The notes under the pieces were generated by a model, which saw only the letters and a list, made by a program, of their open reading frames with translations, ran no database searches and had not been told where the DNA came from. A stretch of DNA of 61,873 nt from Clostridiaceae bacterium (lineage in GTDB: Bacteria; Bacillota; Clostridia; CAYPLH01; DUMO01), in assembly GCA_012839865.1 (NCBI GenBank), contig DUMO01000005.1, positions 1 to 61,873 on the forward strand. The letters run 5' to 3'. Below are positions 1 through 10,375 of this stretch, in pieces. Position numbers and translations under genes: made by a program. Numbering within the stretch: the first letter of the stretch is position 1; each line of letters starts with the position of its first letter.

Positions 1-20
1 AGCAAATATATCAATACCTG

Positions 21-1241
21 ATGAATATAAACATCAACTATGAGTCAATTGAAAAAAGGTTTGCAATAATGCAGGATGTTTTTAAAGAACTCTTTTATGT
101 AAAACTGATAAAGGAGCCTGAAATCGATGAGGGTATTATAAAGGAATTGAATCTGGACCCTGCCGACTTTGATAACATTGCAGTAATTAGCTACACTTTA
201 AACTTCAAACCCGAGTTTTACAAGTTTGAGCAGAATAACGAAAAGCTTGGCAAAATCAACTTCTCCATAAAAGAAATGGTTGATTTTGTGCTAAAGAACA
301 TGAACGTCAACAGCTATTCCTTCCAGGTTAATTCCAACTCCTTTATTTCTATTCTTCTTCTTTCCGGTAAGAATTTCAACGTCCAGGATTTTGAGAATAA
401 AGTTCTTGGAATACTTAAGAATGACAGTGATATATTATATGTGAATTTTGCAGTAAGCAGGGTCTATCATGGATTGCACGAATTAAAGACTGCCTATAAT
501 GAAGCCCTGGAGTATTCAGAGTACTGCTCCATAAGAATGGAATCACAGTTTGCGACCTTTGAAAAAGTCAAGAACATTAAAATTCAGAAGATTCCGAAGA
601 AATTGTTCACGAAAATCAGGTCAATAATCGAACTTATTGAATTTGACAACCTGGAGGCAAGTTTTATTGAGTTAACAGAATACCTGGAAGAGAAAAATGT
701 ACCTATAATTTATATAAAAAGCGGATTAATAACAATTGTAAATGATCTTCTCGGAAAGGCTGAAATTGAAGGTGTCAATCCAGAGGGGATAGAAAGCATA
801 TACAAGGAAATTGAAGTACTCAGGACTAAAGAACGATGTGATGAAATCATAAACAAAATATGCAAGTTATGTAAAGCAGCTCTTGAACAGATGAATGAAA
901 ACACCAGCGGGAACAGTATAGTTGAGGATATGGCTGCATATATCAGCAAAAACTACAGTGAAGATATAAGTCTTGATTTGTTTGCTGAAAAATACCGTAT
1001 GTCGCCAATTTACCTGTCGAAGTTGTTCAAGGATTGCAAAGGGGTAAACTATATGGATTACCTGAATGATGTAAGAATGGAAAAGGCAAAAGAATTTTTG
1101 CTTAATACGGATATAAAAATAAAAGATATATCAGTGAAGATTGGTTATAAAGACCCAAATGCCTTTATTAAAGCATTTAAAAAGAATTTCGGGGTTTCAC
1201 CCGGGAAGTTCAGAAGAATCAATCTGGTGATGGAGCTCTGA
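21..1241 (+). CDS. AraC-family transcriptional regulator (probably 5'-truncated by the window edge)
   Basis: C-terminal double HTH (YISKNYSEDISLDLFAEKYRMSPIYLSKLFK...IGYKDPNAFIKAFKKNFGVSPGKFR). The frame is open upstream to the window start. It lies upstream of an LplB/LplC-type ABC locus. Confidence 0.9.
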   Translation: MNININYESIEKRFAIMQDVFKELFYVKLIKEPEIDEGIIKELNLDPADFDNIAVISYTLNFKPEFYKFEQNNEKLGKINFSIKEMVDFVLKNMNVNSYSFQVNSNSFISILLLSGKNFNVQDFENKVLGILKNDSDILYVNFAVSRVYHGLHELKTAYNEALEYSEYCSIRMESQFATFEKVKNIKIQKIPKKLFTKIRSIIELIEFDNLEASFIELTEYLEEKNVPIIYIKSGLITIVNDLLGKAEIEGVNPEGIESIYKEIEVLRTKERCDEIINKICKLCKAALEQMNENTSGNSIVEDMAAYISKNYSEDISLDLFAEKYRMSPIYLSKLFKDCKGVNYMDYLNDVRMEKAKEFLLNTDIKIKDISVKIGYKDPNAFIKAFKKNFGVSPGKFRRINLVMEL

Positions 1242-1428
1242 CAAGGCATCCGGCAGGTGGATTTCTCTGTTGACGATGTGCTGGAAATACTTTTTTTATA
1301 AAATGGATGAGCAGTCTGAACAATAGTCTGAAACCATCGAAACGAAAACTATAGCTGCAATGAACAGGTGGGACATAAAAATAAACCCACGCAACAGTAT
1401 CTGAAAGTCAAAGGAACATCAACCTATT

Positions 1429-1461
1429 GCCACCGGAAGAAGGACTATTCCGGTGGTTTTT
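1429..1461 (+). terminator. Intrinsic terminator downstream of the AraC gene
   Basis: GCCACCGGAA/TTCCGGTGGT stem followed by a T run. Confidence 0.7.
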
Positions 1462-1751
1462 AACGCTGCAGCGACCAATTAAATGATCAAAGAACATGAT
1501 GAATAATTGACTGGTTTTATCAAATTCTTATGCGGCAAAGTAATAAAAACAAAAAATATGCTCATTTTGATTAATAACCGCACGAAAAATTTAAAATATA
1601 CATTTTTTTATTTTATAGTTATTTTTCAAGTTTGTTGATAAAAGCAAGCAACATTAAGAAAGAATTATTTACAAAGGATGTTTGACCGAATTAAGATAAT
1701 ATCAGCAAGCGCAGCGATTCTTGCACACTATATTAAGGAGGCCAAAAAACC

Positions 1752-2717
1752 GTGAAAGCGGCAGTAATCGAGAAACCAAGGACTGCAATAAAGAAAGCAT
1801 CTCCTATACAGAAAAAATCCTTTATTAAGCGGTTTAATGAAAGCAAATATTTGTTGTTGTTGTTTCTTCCTTGTTTTTTATATTTTGTAATATTCAAATA
1901 TCTGCCTATGTTCGGTATCATTATTTCTTTTAAAAACTACAATTTGTATAAAGGAATATTGAACAGCCCCTGGGTAGGCTTGAAATATTACAGGATGTTT
2001 TTTGAAAACCCTGATTCTTTCAATATTATAAGAAATACAATTTTGCTTGGAGTATACAGATTGTTTTGGGGTTTTCCTGCGCCAATAATATTTGCACTTG
2101 TATTAAATGAAGTCAGGAATAATACTTTTAAGAGAGTTGTTCAAACCATCAGCTACCTGCCTCATTTTATTTCAACTGTAATAATTGCAGGTATGGTGCT
2201 GCAGTTTACATCTCCGAGAAATGGATTTATCAATGTTCTGTTGAAAAATATAGGACTCCAACCTATTAATTTTATGGTGTTGCCACAATGGTTCAGGACA
2301 ATATATATAGGCTCCGGCATATGGCAGGATATCGGCTGGAGCGCCATAATATACCTTGCCGCACTAACCAGCATAAACCCGGAATTATATGAAGCGGCTA
2401 CTGTTGACGGTGCAAACAAATGGGACAAGATTTGGAATGTTACACTGCCAGGTATCGCGCCTACCATAATAACGTTGTTTATACTAAACACCGGTAAAGT
2501 TCTTGATATTGGGTTCGAAAAAGTATTCTTGCTGTATAATCCTGCTATTTACAGGACTGCAGATGTCATCAGCACCTATGTGTACAGAATAGGGCTGCAG
2601 AACAGGAATTTCAGCTATGCAACCGCAATTAACATGTCCCAATCAATAGTTTCATTGATTTTGGTTACCTCAACAAATTATCTTAGCAAAAGGCTAAGCG
2701 AGACCAGTTTATGGTAG
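1752..2717 (+). CDS. Carbohydrate ABC transporter permease (LplB-like)
   Basis: AAGGAGG RBS, GTG start; SPWVGL motif, YLPHFIS, and EAA loop (ELYEAATVDGANKW). Confidence 0.92.
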   Translation: MKAAVIEKPRTAIKKASPIQKKSFIKRFNESKYLLLLFLPCFLYFVIFKYLPMFGIIISFKNYNLYKGILNSPWVGLKYYRMFFENPDSFNIIRNTILLGVYRLFWGFPAPIIFALVLNEVRNNTFKRVVQTISYLPHFISTVIIAGMVLQFTSPRNGFINVLLKNIGLQPINFMVLPQWFRTIYIGSGIWQDIGWSAIIYLAALTSINPELYEAATVDGANKWDKIWNVTLPGIAPTIITLFILNTGKVLDIGFEKVFLLYNPAIYRTADVISTYVYRIGLQNRNFSYATAINMSQSIVSLILVTSTNYLSKRLSETSLW

Positions 2718-2727
2718 GTGATGGAAT

Positions 2728-3588
2728 ATGATAAAAAAAGGTATGATATTTACATTCTTAAAAGTTTCATTTCTGTTGTTTATATGTGCTATTACCCTGT
2801 ATCCTTTTTTACACATGATCGCAGTATCCTTTAGTGCCAATCTGCCGGTCATGCAAGGCAAGGTAGGGTTAATACCGATAGGTTTTAATATATCGGCATA
2901 TAAGGAAGTATTTCAAAACAAGATGTTGTTTACAGCATACAAAAATACAATAATATATGTGGTCGGACGTACCCTTATCGGGCTCCTGGTTACCTCCTGC
3001 GGCGCATATGCGCTGACAAAAAAACATATGTTGTTTCATCGGTTTTTCTCACTGATGGTGGTATTCACCATGTTTTTCAGCGGCGGAATGATTCCAACAT
3101 ACCTGGTTATGCAAAAACTAAACCTGATTGATACCAGGTGGGGAGTTATACTGATAAATTGCGTTTCTGTTTGGTATCTCCTGTTAATGAGAACATTTTT
3201 CAGCAGTATACCAAAGGACCTGGAAGATTCGGGGAAGATCGACGGGCTGCAGGATATTGGAATACTCTGGTATATAATATTACCACTTTCCAAGGCTGCT
3301 ATTGCTACAATCGGTTTGTTCTATGCTGTTGCAATGTGGAACTCATTTTTCAACCCGTTTATTTACCTGAACTCACCTGAAAAGTATCCGCTGCAGGTAA
3401 TCTTAAGGCAGATAGTAATTGCAAATGATATGAAGGCAATAGAATATGCCGGTGAAGATGCAGCTGCCATGCCTGAATCTATTAAATACGCAACAATAAT
3501 GGTTTCCACCATTCCGATAATCCTGGTATATCCTTTCATTCAGAAATATTTTGTGAAAGGTGTAATGATTGGTTCGGTAAAAGGTTAA
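2728..3588 (+). CDS. Carbohydrate ABC transporter permease (LplC-like)
   Basis: FSGGMIPTY, EAA-like loop (DLEDSGKIDG), C-terminal YPFIQKYFVKGVMIGSVKG. Confidence 0.92.
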   Translation: MIKKGMIFTFLKVSFLLFICAITLYPFLHMIAVSFSANLPVMQGKVGLIPIGFNISAYKEVFQNKMLFTAYKNTIIYVVGRTLIGLLVTSCGAYALTKKHMLFHRFFSLMVVFTMFFSGGMIPTYLVMQKLNLIDTRWGVILINCVSVWYLLLMRTFFSSIPKDLEDSGKIDGLQDIGILWYIILPLSKAAIATIGLFYAVAMWNSFFNPFIYLNSPEKYPLQVILRQIVIANDMKAIEYAGEDAAAMPESIKYATIMVSTIPIILVYPFIQKYFVKGVMIGSVKG

Positions 3589-3784
3589 AACAATTATATG
3601 ATTATTAAATGTAATTATTAAATTAGAAAGCCAGTTTGTGACTTTCTGATCAAGATTATATTGGATTACCCCGGATTTGCAGCTTGCATCGCAGTCCATA
3701 TGTGGTTGGTTTGAAGAACAGAGTCACAATAAGACTTGCCGGGGTTATCTTAATATATAAAAAACAAGAAAGGATGTGCAATCT

Positions 3785-5347
3785 ATGAAAAAGTATGCTC
3801 TATTGGTACTGGTTCTTTTACTGGTAATGAGCATGTTAACCGGGTGTGTCGTCGGTAAGACCGGCGGGGATGCGACTAAGGATGGTACAAATGGTACAAC
3901 AGGTGATGTCAATAAAAAAGATCCACCAGTTACACTTACTATGATGATTCAGTCGCATGCAAGCTGGCCTTATAATCCTGACTGGTATGTATGAGATCTG
4001 ATTGAAGAGGTTCTTAATATCAAGTTCGATGTAACGACAGTTATAGGTAACGACTATGAAGATAAGCTCAACATAACCCTCTCATCAGGTCAATTGCCCG
4101 ACATTATTCATGTAATGGGCGGTCCTACTGAAATCAATCAGATCGGGGCTAGCGGGGCTTTGTTGGATCTCATGCCGTATATGGATAAAATGCCTCACTT
4201 TAAAAAGTATGCTGAAGAAAATCCAACAAAAATCCTGAAGTACTTGAATGCCGAAGGTCAACTCTACTGCTTCCCTCCGGGACAGGCAGCAGGTGAAACA
4301 AACAGAAGAGGCTGGATGTACCGCAGGGATATTTTCGAGAAGCATAATATTCCGGTTCCAACCACAAGTGACGAGTTATATGCAGTAATGAAACAGCTGA
4401 AAGAATTATATCCCGACAGTTATCCCTATACCTGGAGAGGTGGACTCAGCTCCCAGATTGAGATGTTTGTTCCTCTTTGGGGCACAGGATGGAAGGCATA
4501 TTATGATTTTGATGCCGGAGTATACAAATACGGTCCTATCGAAGATGCATTCAAAGAAATGGTTGAGTGGGTAAACAAAGCATACAAAGATGAGCTGCTT
4601 CCTCCCGACATTCTCTCTCTGAACACTGCAGGATGGCAGAATCTTGTATCAACCAGCAAAGTATTTATTATTACTGACTACCTTACCAGAATAGACTCTT
4701 TTAATGACGCTGTAAGAGAAGAAAACCCTGATTTCACCATTGCTTATATGAAACCTATCGCAATGGGTTCAAAGGGAGAACAAAAATTCACATACTCGAC
4801 CATTATTTCCAACGCACTTACAATAAGCTCCACAAACAAGAATCTTGACGCAACCTTCAAATTGTTTGACTTCTATTATTCAGATGAAGGTGAAGACCTG
4901 TTGAGCTGGGGTAAAGAAGGTGTGACTTATCAGGTTGTTGACGGTAAGCGCAAGTTCATCGATTGCAACTCAATTGCTGACATAAGAAATAAATATGGTT
5001 TTACTACCTATGGCACCAGCGCTGACTTTGATTACAACTCACATATGAGCACATTCAGCCCCGAGCTTTATGAAGGTTATATGGAAGGTGTCAAGTATGA
5101 CATGCCTGAGCAGCCTGAACCCGCTTTCACTCAGGAAGAATATGAAGAGATTGTTCATCTCGAAGAAGCTTTGAGAAAGCATAAGGAAGAAGCTGTAGCC
5201 AACTTCTTCATTGGCACCAGAAGCCTGAGCGAATGGGATCAATACGTGCAGGAAGTTAAGAACCTTAAAGTAGACAGATACCTGGAGCTCCACAATAATG
5301 CCAATAAGCGTATGCAGGAGCGCATGAAGGAATTGTTGGGAAATTAA
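3785..5347 (+). pseudogene. Sugar-binding lipoprotein of the ABC system, interrupted by an in-frame TGA at 3992-3994 (nonsense allele or sequence error)
   Basis: Signal peptide with lipobox LTG-C. ORFs 3776..3994 and 4094..5347 share one frame, and the sequence between them reads through as WYV*DLIEEVLNIKFDV...SGQLPDII, a typical family-1 SBP N-terminus. Confidence 0.85.
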
Positions 5348-5391
5348 CTTAAGCAACAACTAAAAAACTGGTTCATAAATCATATTAATTT

Positions 5392-5428
5392 TGAAAGAAT
5401 GATGTTGGCCTCCAACATCATTCTTTCA
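5392..5428 (+). terminator. 17-bp perfect stem-loop after the SBP gene (terminator or 3' stabiliser; no U tract)
   Basis: TGAAAGAATGATGTTGG-CCT-CCAACATCATTCTTTCA. Confidence 0.6.
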
Positions 5429-5576
5429 TAAATTGTTACACCTAACTGAAAAATACTCCTATTTAATTTTTAGTCTCAGTACAAATACTATACATAACGA
5501 TCAAAATTTATGATATGACTTGCTTGAACCACTACGATGAAAGTTTATATGAAATATAATGAGGAGGAGTCTTGTC

Positions 5577-7280
5577 TTGAAACAGAATCAATTCATTAAA
5601 AACCTGATTTCCCGAATGACTATTGAACAAAAAATTGGAGCCGTTGTAACCCTTGGATTTGCAGGAACTGTAATAAGACCTCATATTTATGAATATATAC
5701 ACAAATACCATTGCGGGGGCTTCAGGCTGTCGCCCAACAGCAGGGGTTTTGGCAGCTATGTGGACCCAAAGAGCGGTAAAACGGTGGTGAAGATAGAAAA
5801 TACCTCCGGTTATAAAGAAGGTGTTTCAGCACCTTTTCTGACCGGTTCACAATATAAGGAGATTCTTGACAAACTTCAGGAGGAAGCAATGAGCAGGCCT
5901 CTTGGAATACCGTTGCATTTTTCATCGGACCAGGAGGGTGGAAGCAGCGCAAATTTATATTTTGCAGACACCCATGTTTTCCCCAAGCCGATGGGAATAA
6001 GAGCATCGGGGGACAGCAGGATGGCATACGACGTTGCTTTTGCGGTGGCAAGGCAGTGCAGGGCAATCGGAGTTAACTGGATACATTCTCCCACCCTTGA
6101 TATCAACATAAACCCCGATAACCCCAGAACATATACCAGGGCTTATTCGGATAATGCAGAGGAAGTAATTGAGTATGCGGAGCAGGCTTGCCGGGGATTC
6201 AAAGACGGCAGGATTATAACAGCAGCAAAGCATTTTCCCGGAGCAGGGAGCTCAAGCAAGGACCCGCACTATAACTTATTGGAGATTGACACAGACAGGG
6301 ATACATTGCTGAACAGGGACCTTTTGCCATATAAAGTTTTGATTGAAAAAGGACTTCTGCCCTCCGTAATGGTATCTCACGGAATTTATACAGCTCTTGA
6401 CGAAAATGATGTGTCTACGGTATCGAAAAAAATAATAACCGGAATCTTAAGAGAGGAGTTTGGATTCGAGGGGGTTATAACAACAGACAGCATGACTATG
6501 GCAGGTGTAGCAGCAAGGTATGGAGTTGCAAAAGCTTGTGCATTGTCTCTTGCAGCAGGCTCAGACCTTGTGCTTATGAAAGCAGAAAATGAGCTGGTGG
6601 ATGAAACCTTTGCAACAATAAGAGAATTTGTGGAGCAGGGCAAGATAACCGAAAAGGAACTGGATGAGAAAGTCTACAGGGTTCTGAACTTAAAATATGA
6701 ATACGGTCTTTTCACCCAGGGCAACATATGGCATGAAACCTCAGAGGAGGTTGCAAAGGACGAGAAAATAATCAGTTTGTCCAGGCTGGCGGCCAGAAGA
6801 TCTGTTATTGCAGCCAGAAATAATAATGCATTCCCCCTGGATAAAGACAGTAAGTTTTTGGTAATTGAACAGATGAACGGTGCAGGAGCAAATGATGCTT
6901 ACTGGCATCCGGGGTGTCTTTACGAGAGTTGCTTAAAATACAGCAAGAATGCAAAATACCTGGAAACCGCCTATTCCTATGATTCTGAAGACAAAGAAAG
7001 AATACAGAAAATGATCCGGGATTTTGACACTGTTGTTATGACCAACTTCTACAGAAGGGGAAAGAGATCCAACACTGAATTTATAGAAGAATTGTTGAAT
7101 GACAAAACTAAAAAATTTATTTTGATTGCCAATACACCTTATAAGCTGACCGCACCTGATAACGCGGAAAATGTTATTGTCACTTTATCAACAGGTCCTG
7201 AGAACATGAGGGTTGTGGCAGGGGTATTGTTTGGCGGGATTGAGCCGGAGGGCGAGTGGCCGGTTAAATATCGGTTGTAA
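5577..7280 (+). CDS. Glycoside hydrolase family 3 (NagZ-like subgroup), cytoplasmic, copy 1
   Basis: DQEGG, RAYSD, KHFPGAGSSSKDPH (D-x-H dyad), TTDSMTM nucleophile region. Start taken as TTG at 5577 after GGAGGAG. No signal peptide evident. Confidence 0.88.
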   Translation: MKQNQFIKNLISRMTIEQKIGAVVTLGFAGTVIRPHIYEYIHKYHCGGFRLSPNSRGFGSYVDPKSGKTVVKIENTSGYKEGVSAPFLTGSQYKEILDKLQEEAMSRPLGIPLHFSSDQEGGSSANLYFADTHVFPKPMGIRASGDSRMAYDVAFAVARQCRAIGVNWIHSPTLDININPDNPRTYTRAYSDNAEEVIEYAEQACRGFKDGRIITAAKHFPGAGSSSKDPHYNLLEIDTDRDTLLNRDLLPYKVLIEKGLLPSVMVSHGIYTALDENDVSTVSKKIITGILREEFGFEGVITTDSMTMAGVAARYGVAKACALSLAAGSDLVLMKAENELVDETFATIREFVEQGKITEKELDEKVYRVLNLKYEYGLFTQGNIWHETSEEVAKDEKIISLSRLAARRSVIAARNNNAFPLDKDSKFLVIEQMNGAGANDAYWHPGCLYESCLKYSKNAKYLETAYSYDSEDKERIQKMIRDFDTVVMTNFYRRGKRSNTEFIEELLNDKTKKFILIANTPYKLTAPDNAENVIVTLSTGPENMRVVAGVLFGGIEPEGEWPVKYRL

Positions 7281-7366
7281 ATCATTTGCCAGAAGCCGCA
7301 AAAAAGGTTAAATGACTGGTTTGCTGCATCCGGCATTATATTTTAATTATGATAGGAGTGTTGACT

Positions 7367-9076
7367 GTGCAGGAGAATAAATTTGTGAAGAACCTTGTTT
7401 CAAAAATGACTTTGGAACAAAAGGTGGGTGCGGTTTTGACCCTTGGATTTGCAGGCAATGTTATAAGGCCGCATATTTATGAATATATTGAAAAGTATCA
7501 CTGTGGCGGATTCAGGTTGAGTCCCAACAGCCGTACCTTTGGAAGTTATGTGGACCCTGAAACCGGCCATGTTGTCGTTAAACTGGGAAACATTGACGGA
7601 TACAAAAAAGGCGTTGAGCCGCCATATGTAACCGGAGCACAGTATAAGGAAGTACTTGACAAGCTCCAGAAGTGTGCAATGAACCGGCGGCTTGGAATAC
7701 CGCTGCATTTTTCAACAGACCAGGAAGGTGGAAGCAGTGCGGCAATCAGAACCGGTGGATATCAGTTGTTTCCCAAGCCCATGGGCTTAAGGGCAACTGG
7801 AGACAGTAAACTGGCTTATGAGGTAGCCAGGGCAATTGCCCGCCAAATGAAATCTGCAGGCATTAATTGGCTTCACTCACCGGTTCTTGATATAAATTCA
7901 AATCCTGACAATCCCAGTATAAATACCCGTGCCTATTCCGACCGGGTTGAAGAAGTGATTGAATATGCAAGGCAAACATGTATTGGTTTTAAGGAAGGAA
8001 AGCTTATTGCAGCAGCAAAACACTTCCCGGGGGATGGAGGTTCCGGTCGGGATGGGCACTATGGAATAACGGTTGTTCATTTTGACAAGGAAACAATTTT
8101 AAATAGAGAAATTCAACCATACAGGGTTTTGATAAAGGAAGGACTTCTGCCGTCAATTATGTCATGCCATGTGCTTTATCCGGCCCTGGATGAAGAATAT
8201 GTCGGAACATTGTCAAAGAGAATACTGACGGGAATACTGCGGGAGGAATTGGGTTTTGAAGGTGTTATAACCACTGACAGCATGACCATGGGGGCTATAG
8301 CCGTGAAATACAGTGTTCCGGTTGCCTGCGCCATGTCTCTTGCTGCAGGGGCGGACCTGGTATTGATGAAAGCTGAAAATGAACTGGTGGACCAAACCTT
8401 CAATACTATTTTAAGATATGTGGAGGAAGGCAAACTGCCTGAGAAGGAGCTTGACCAAAAGGTTTACAGGGCGCTGAAAATGAAATATGATTACGGATTG
8501 TTCACAAACGGAAATCTGTATCATGAAACACCGGAGGAAGTTGCCAAAGATGAAAAAATAACATTGCTTTCGAAGATTGTTGCCCAAAAATCGGTATTGG
8601 TTGCAAGAAACAGGAGCAATCTCCTTCCTTTGCCGGAGAATGAAAAGATATTGGTTATTGAGCAAATGAATACCGGGGCAAATGATGCTTACTGGCACCA
8701 TGGAATTCTTTACGAGAACTGCCTGAAATACAATAAAAAAGTTTCATATCTTGAAACTTCATACTCTTATGATGAAGAAGACAAGGAAAGAATTAAAAAG
8801 GCTGTCTCACAGAACGACACAATTGTTATAACAAATTTTTATAAGCGCGGTACCAAAAGCAATACCAGGTTTGTTGAGGAAATATTGAAAGACAAAAGCA
8901 AAAAGTTTGTTTTAATAGCCAATACACCTTACAAGCTGAATATTCCCGATGAAGCCGATAATGTTATTGTCAGTTTTGCAACAACTCCCTGCAATATGGA
9001 AGTTGTGGCAGGTGTGCTTTTTGGGAAAATCCAGCCTGAAGGCGAATGGCCGGTGCAGTATTGGCCGGGGGACTGA
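7367..9076 (+). CDS. Glycoside hydrolase family 3 (NagZ-like subgroup), cytoplasmic, copy 2 (tandem paralog)
   Basis: Same motifs (DQEGG, RAYSD, KHFPGDGGSGRDGH, TTDSMTM); colinear with copy 1 over its whole length; GTG start after AGGAG. Confidence 0.88.
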   Translation: MQENKFVKNLVSKMTLEQKVGAVLTLGFAGNVIRPHIYEYIEKYHCGGFRLSPNSRTFGSYVDPETGHVVVKLGNIDGYKKGVEPPYVTGAQYKEVLDKLQKCAMNRRLGIPLHFSTDQEGGSSAAIRTGGYQLFPKPMGLRATGDSKLAYEVARAIARQMKSAGINWLHSPVLDINSNPDNPSINTRAYSDRVEEVIEYARQTCIGFKEGKLIAAAKHFPGDGGSGRDGHYGITVVHFDKETILNREIQPYRVLIKEGLLPSIMSCHVLYPALDEEYVGTLSKRILTGILREELGFEGVITTDSMTMGAIAVKYSVPVACAMSLAAGADLVLMKAENELVDQTFNTILRYVEEGKLPEKELDQKVYRALKMKYDYGLFTNGNLYHETPEEVAKDEKITLLSKIVAQKSVLVARNRSNLLPLPENEKILVIEQMNTGANDAYWHHGILYENCLKYNKKVSYLETSYSYDEEDKERIKKAVSQNDTIVITNFYKRGTKSNTRFVEEILKDKSKKFVLIANTPYKLNIPDEADNVIVSFATTPCNMEVVAGVLFGKIQPEGEWPVQYWPGD

Positions 9077-9280
9077 ATAAAGACAAGAAGAGGCAGCAAG
9101 CACATGCTTGTTGTCTGCAAAGTGGCTCCGGGAGACTGAACAAAAGTGAAAAGAGCAACCAGCATGTGCTCATTGCCCTTGAAGCATCCAGGGAGAATTG
9201 AATAAGGCTGAAAGGGGCAGCAAGTATATGCTGGTTGCCTTAAAGCGGCTCCGGAGGATTGAATAAAGAAGAAGGAGACT
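9063..9280. repeat. Degenerate ~62-bp tandem repeat (3 units plus a partial), each full unit carrying a hairpin
   Basis: TGAA(T/C)AA recurs at 9074, 9137, 9199 and 9260. The hairpin consensus is near GGCA(G/A)C(A/C)AGCA-nn-TGCT(G/T)GTTGCC. Confidence 0.75.
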
Positions 9281-9288
9281 TGATAGAT

Positions 9289-10185
9289 ATGAGTGTTAAT
9301 TTTGATACAGTGAACAGGGTAGCCCTTGAGCTTAAGGACAAGAGAAGAAGCGAATATGCAATAGCCCTCGACTTTGACGGCGTTTGCAAGCTTTTTTCTG
9401 AGCATAAGCACCAGATAATGTCGACGCTTCTTTTTCTTCACCTATATGAGTTCCAGAGGGTACCCTTTAAGATATATAAGCAATGCTACAACTATATAAA
9501 TTTCCAGTCGGAATATGCAGGCAAGGAAAGATTTTTATGTGCAAACGAGCTTGCAAGGTATCTGACTCAAAAAGGCTATAATTGTGCTTTGCCTGGGCTC
9601 CATGCGGCAGTGGAGGAACTTCAAAAAAAGGGTCTTAAGTTGTCGGAGAAAAATCTGAAGGCATATGAAGCCAATAACGATGTATCCCGTGCCTTGTCCT
9701 GGAGCACCGAGGTGAACAAAAGAGTTTCCGAGCTTAACGAAATAGGGCTTACGCCTGGGATTAATGAAAATATTTTTATCCCTTACAGGGATGTTTGCGA
9801 CTTTTTTGTGGTGACCACTGCCACAGAAGCAACACTTCCTCCTTTAATGGAAAAAGAGTCTATTGATTTTATAGCGCGCTATTTGGGCCAGGAAACGGCA
9901 ACAAAGGCCGAAAGCCTTATCGGACTGTCTTACAGTGGCTACAAGGTTGTGTTCATGTTTGGAGACAGCCTGGAAGACAGCCGCGCAAGCCATACTGCCA
10001 TGGAAAATAAAGCTGATGGGTCAAACATAATATTTGTTCCTGTTATTCCCGGGCAGGAGGAGGACTGCTTTGAAAAGGGCAGGGAAATAATCCGGCTGGC
10101 CCTGGCAGGCGATTTAATTGAGGCTGAAAGTATAAGCAAGCAGGCTCAATCAAACTTCAGGGGCAAGGAAGTCAGTGTTTTGTAA
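9289..10185 (+). CDS. HAD-superfamily-like protein (putative phosphatase)
   Basis: Motif I-like IALDFDGV, VVTTAT (motif II-like), K in TKAE, and MFGDSLED (motif IV-like); AAGGAG RBS. Confidence 0.6.
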   Translation: MSVNFDTVNRVALELKDKRRSEYAIALDFDGVCKLFSEHKHQIMSTLLFLHLYEFQRVPFKIYKQCYNYINFQSEYAGKERFLCANELARYLTQKGYNCALPGLHAAVEELQKKGLKLSEKNLKAYEANNDVSRALSWSTEVNKRVSELNEIGLTPGINENIFIPYRDVCDFFVVTTATEATLPPLMEKESIDFIARYLGQETATKAESLIGLSYSGYKVVFMFGDSLEDSRASHTAMENKADGSNIIFVPVIPGQEEDCFEKGREIIRLALAGDLIEAESISKQAQSNFRGKEVSVL

Positions 10186-10375
10186 TTCAGGAGTTAATAA
10201 AGATTGATTTAATATGAATCCAGGCAAGCTTGGCGCTGCACATATTGACAGCGCCTCAAAATTATTGCATCACGGGAACAAGCAAAAAATTTTGCCAAAG
10301 TCGATTTATTATATTGAAGGTACAGGCCTGACATGATTTTTTGCAGTTGCCAGGCATCGTACGGGGAGGGAAACT

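Noticed and set aside
3992..4030. Selenocysteine recoding of the SBP TGA
   Set aside because: No SECIS-like stem seen downstream; the context suggests Trp, not Cys
8929..9441. 170-aa minus-strand ORF across the 62-bp repeat
   Set aside because: Overlaps two real plus-strand genes; its internal similarity merely reflects the DNA repeat
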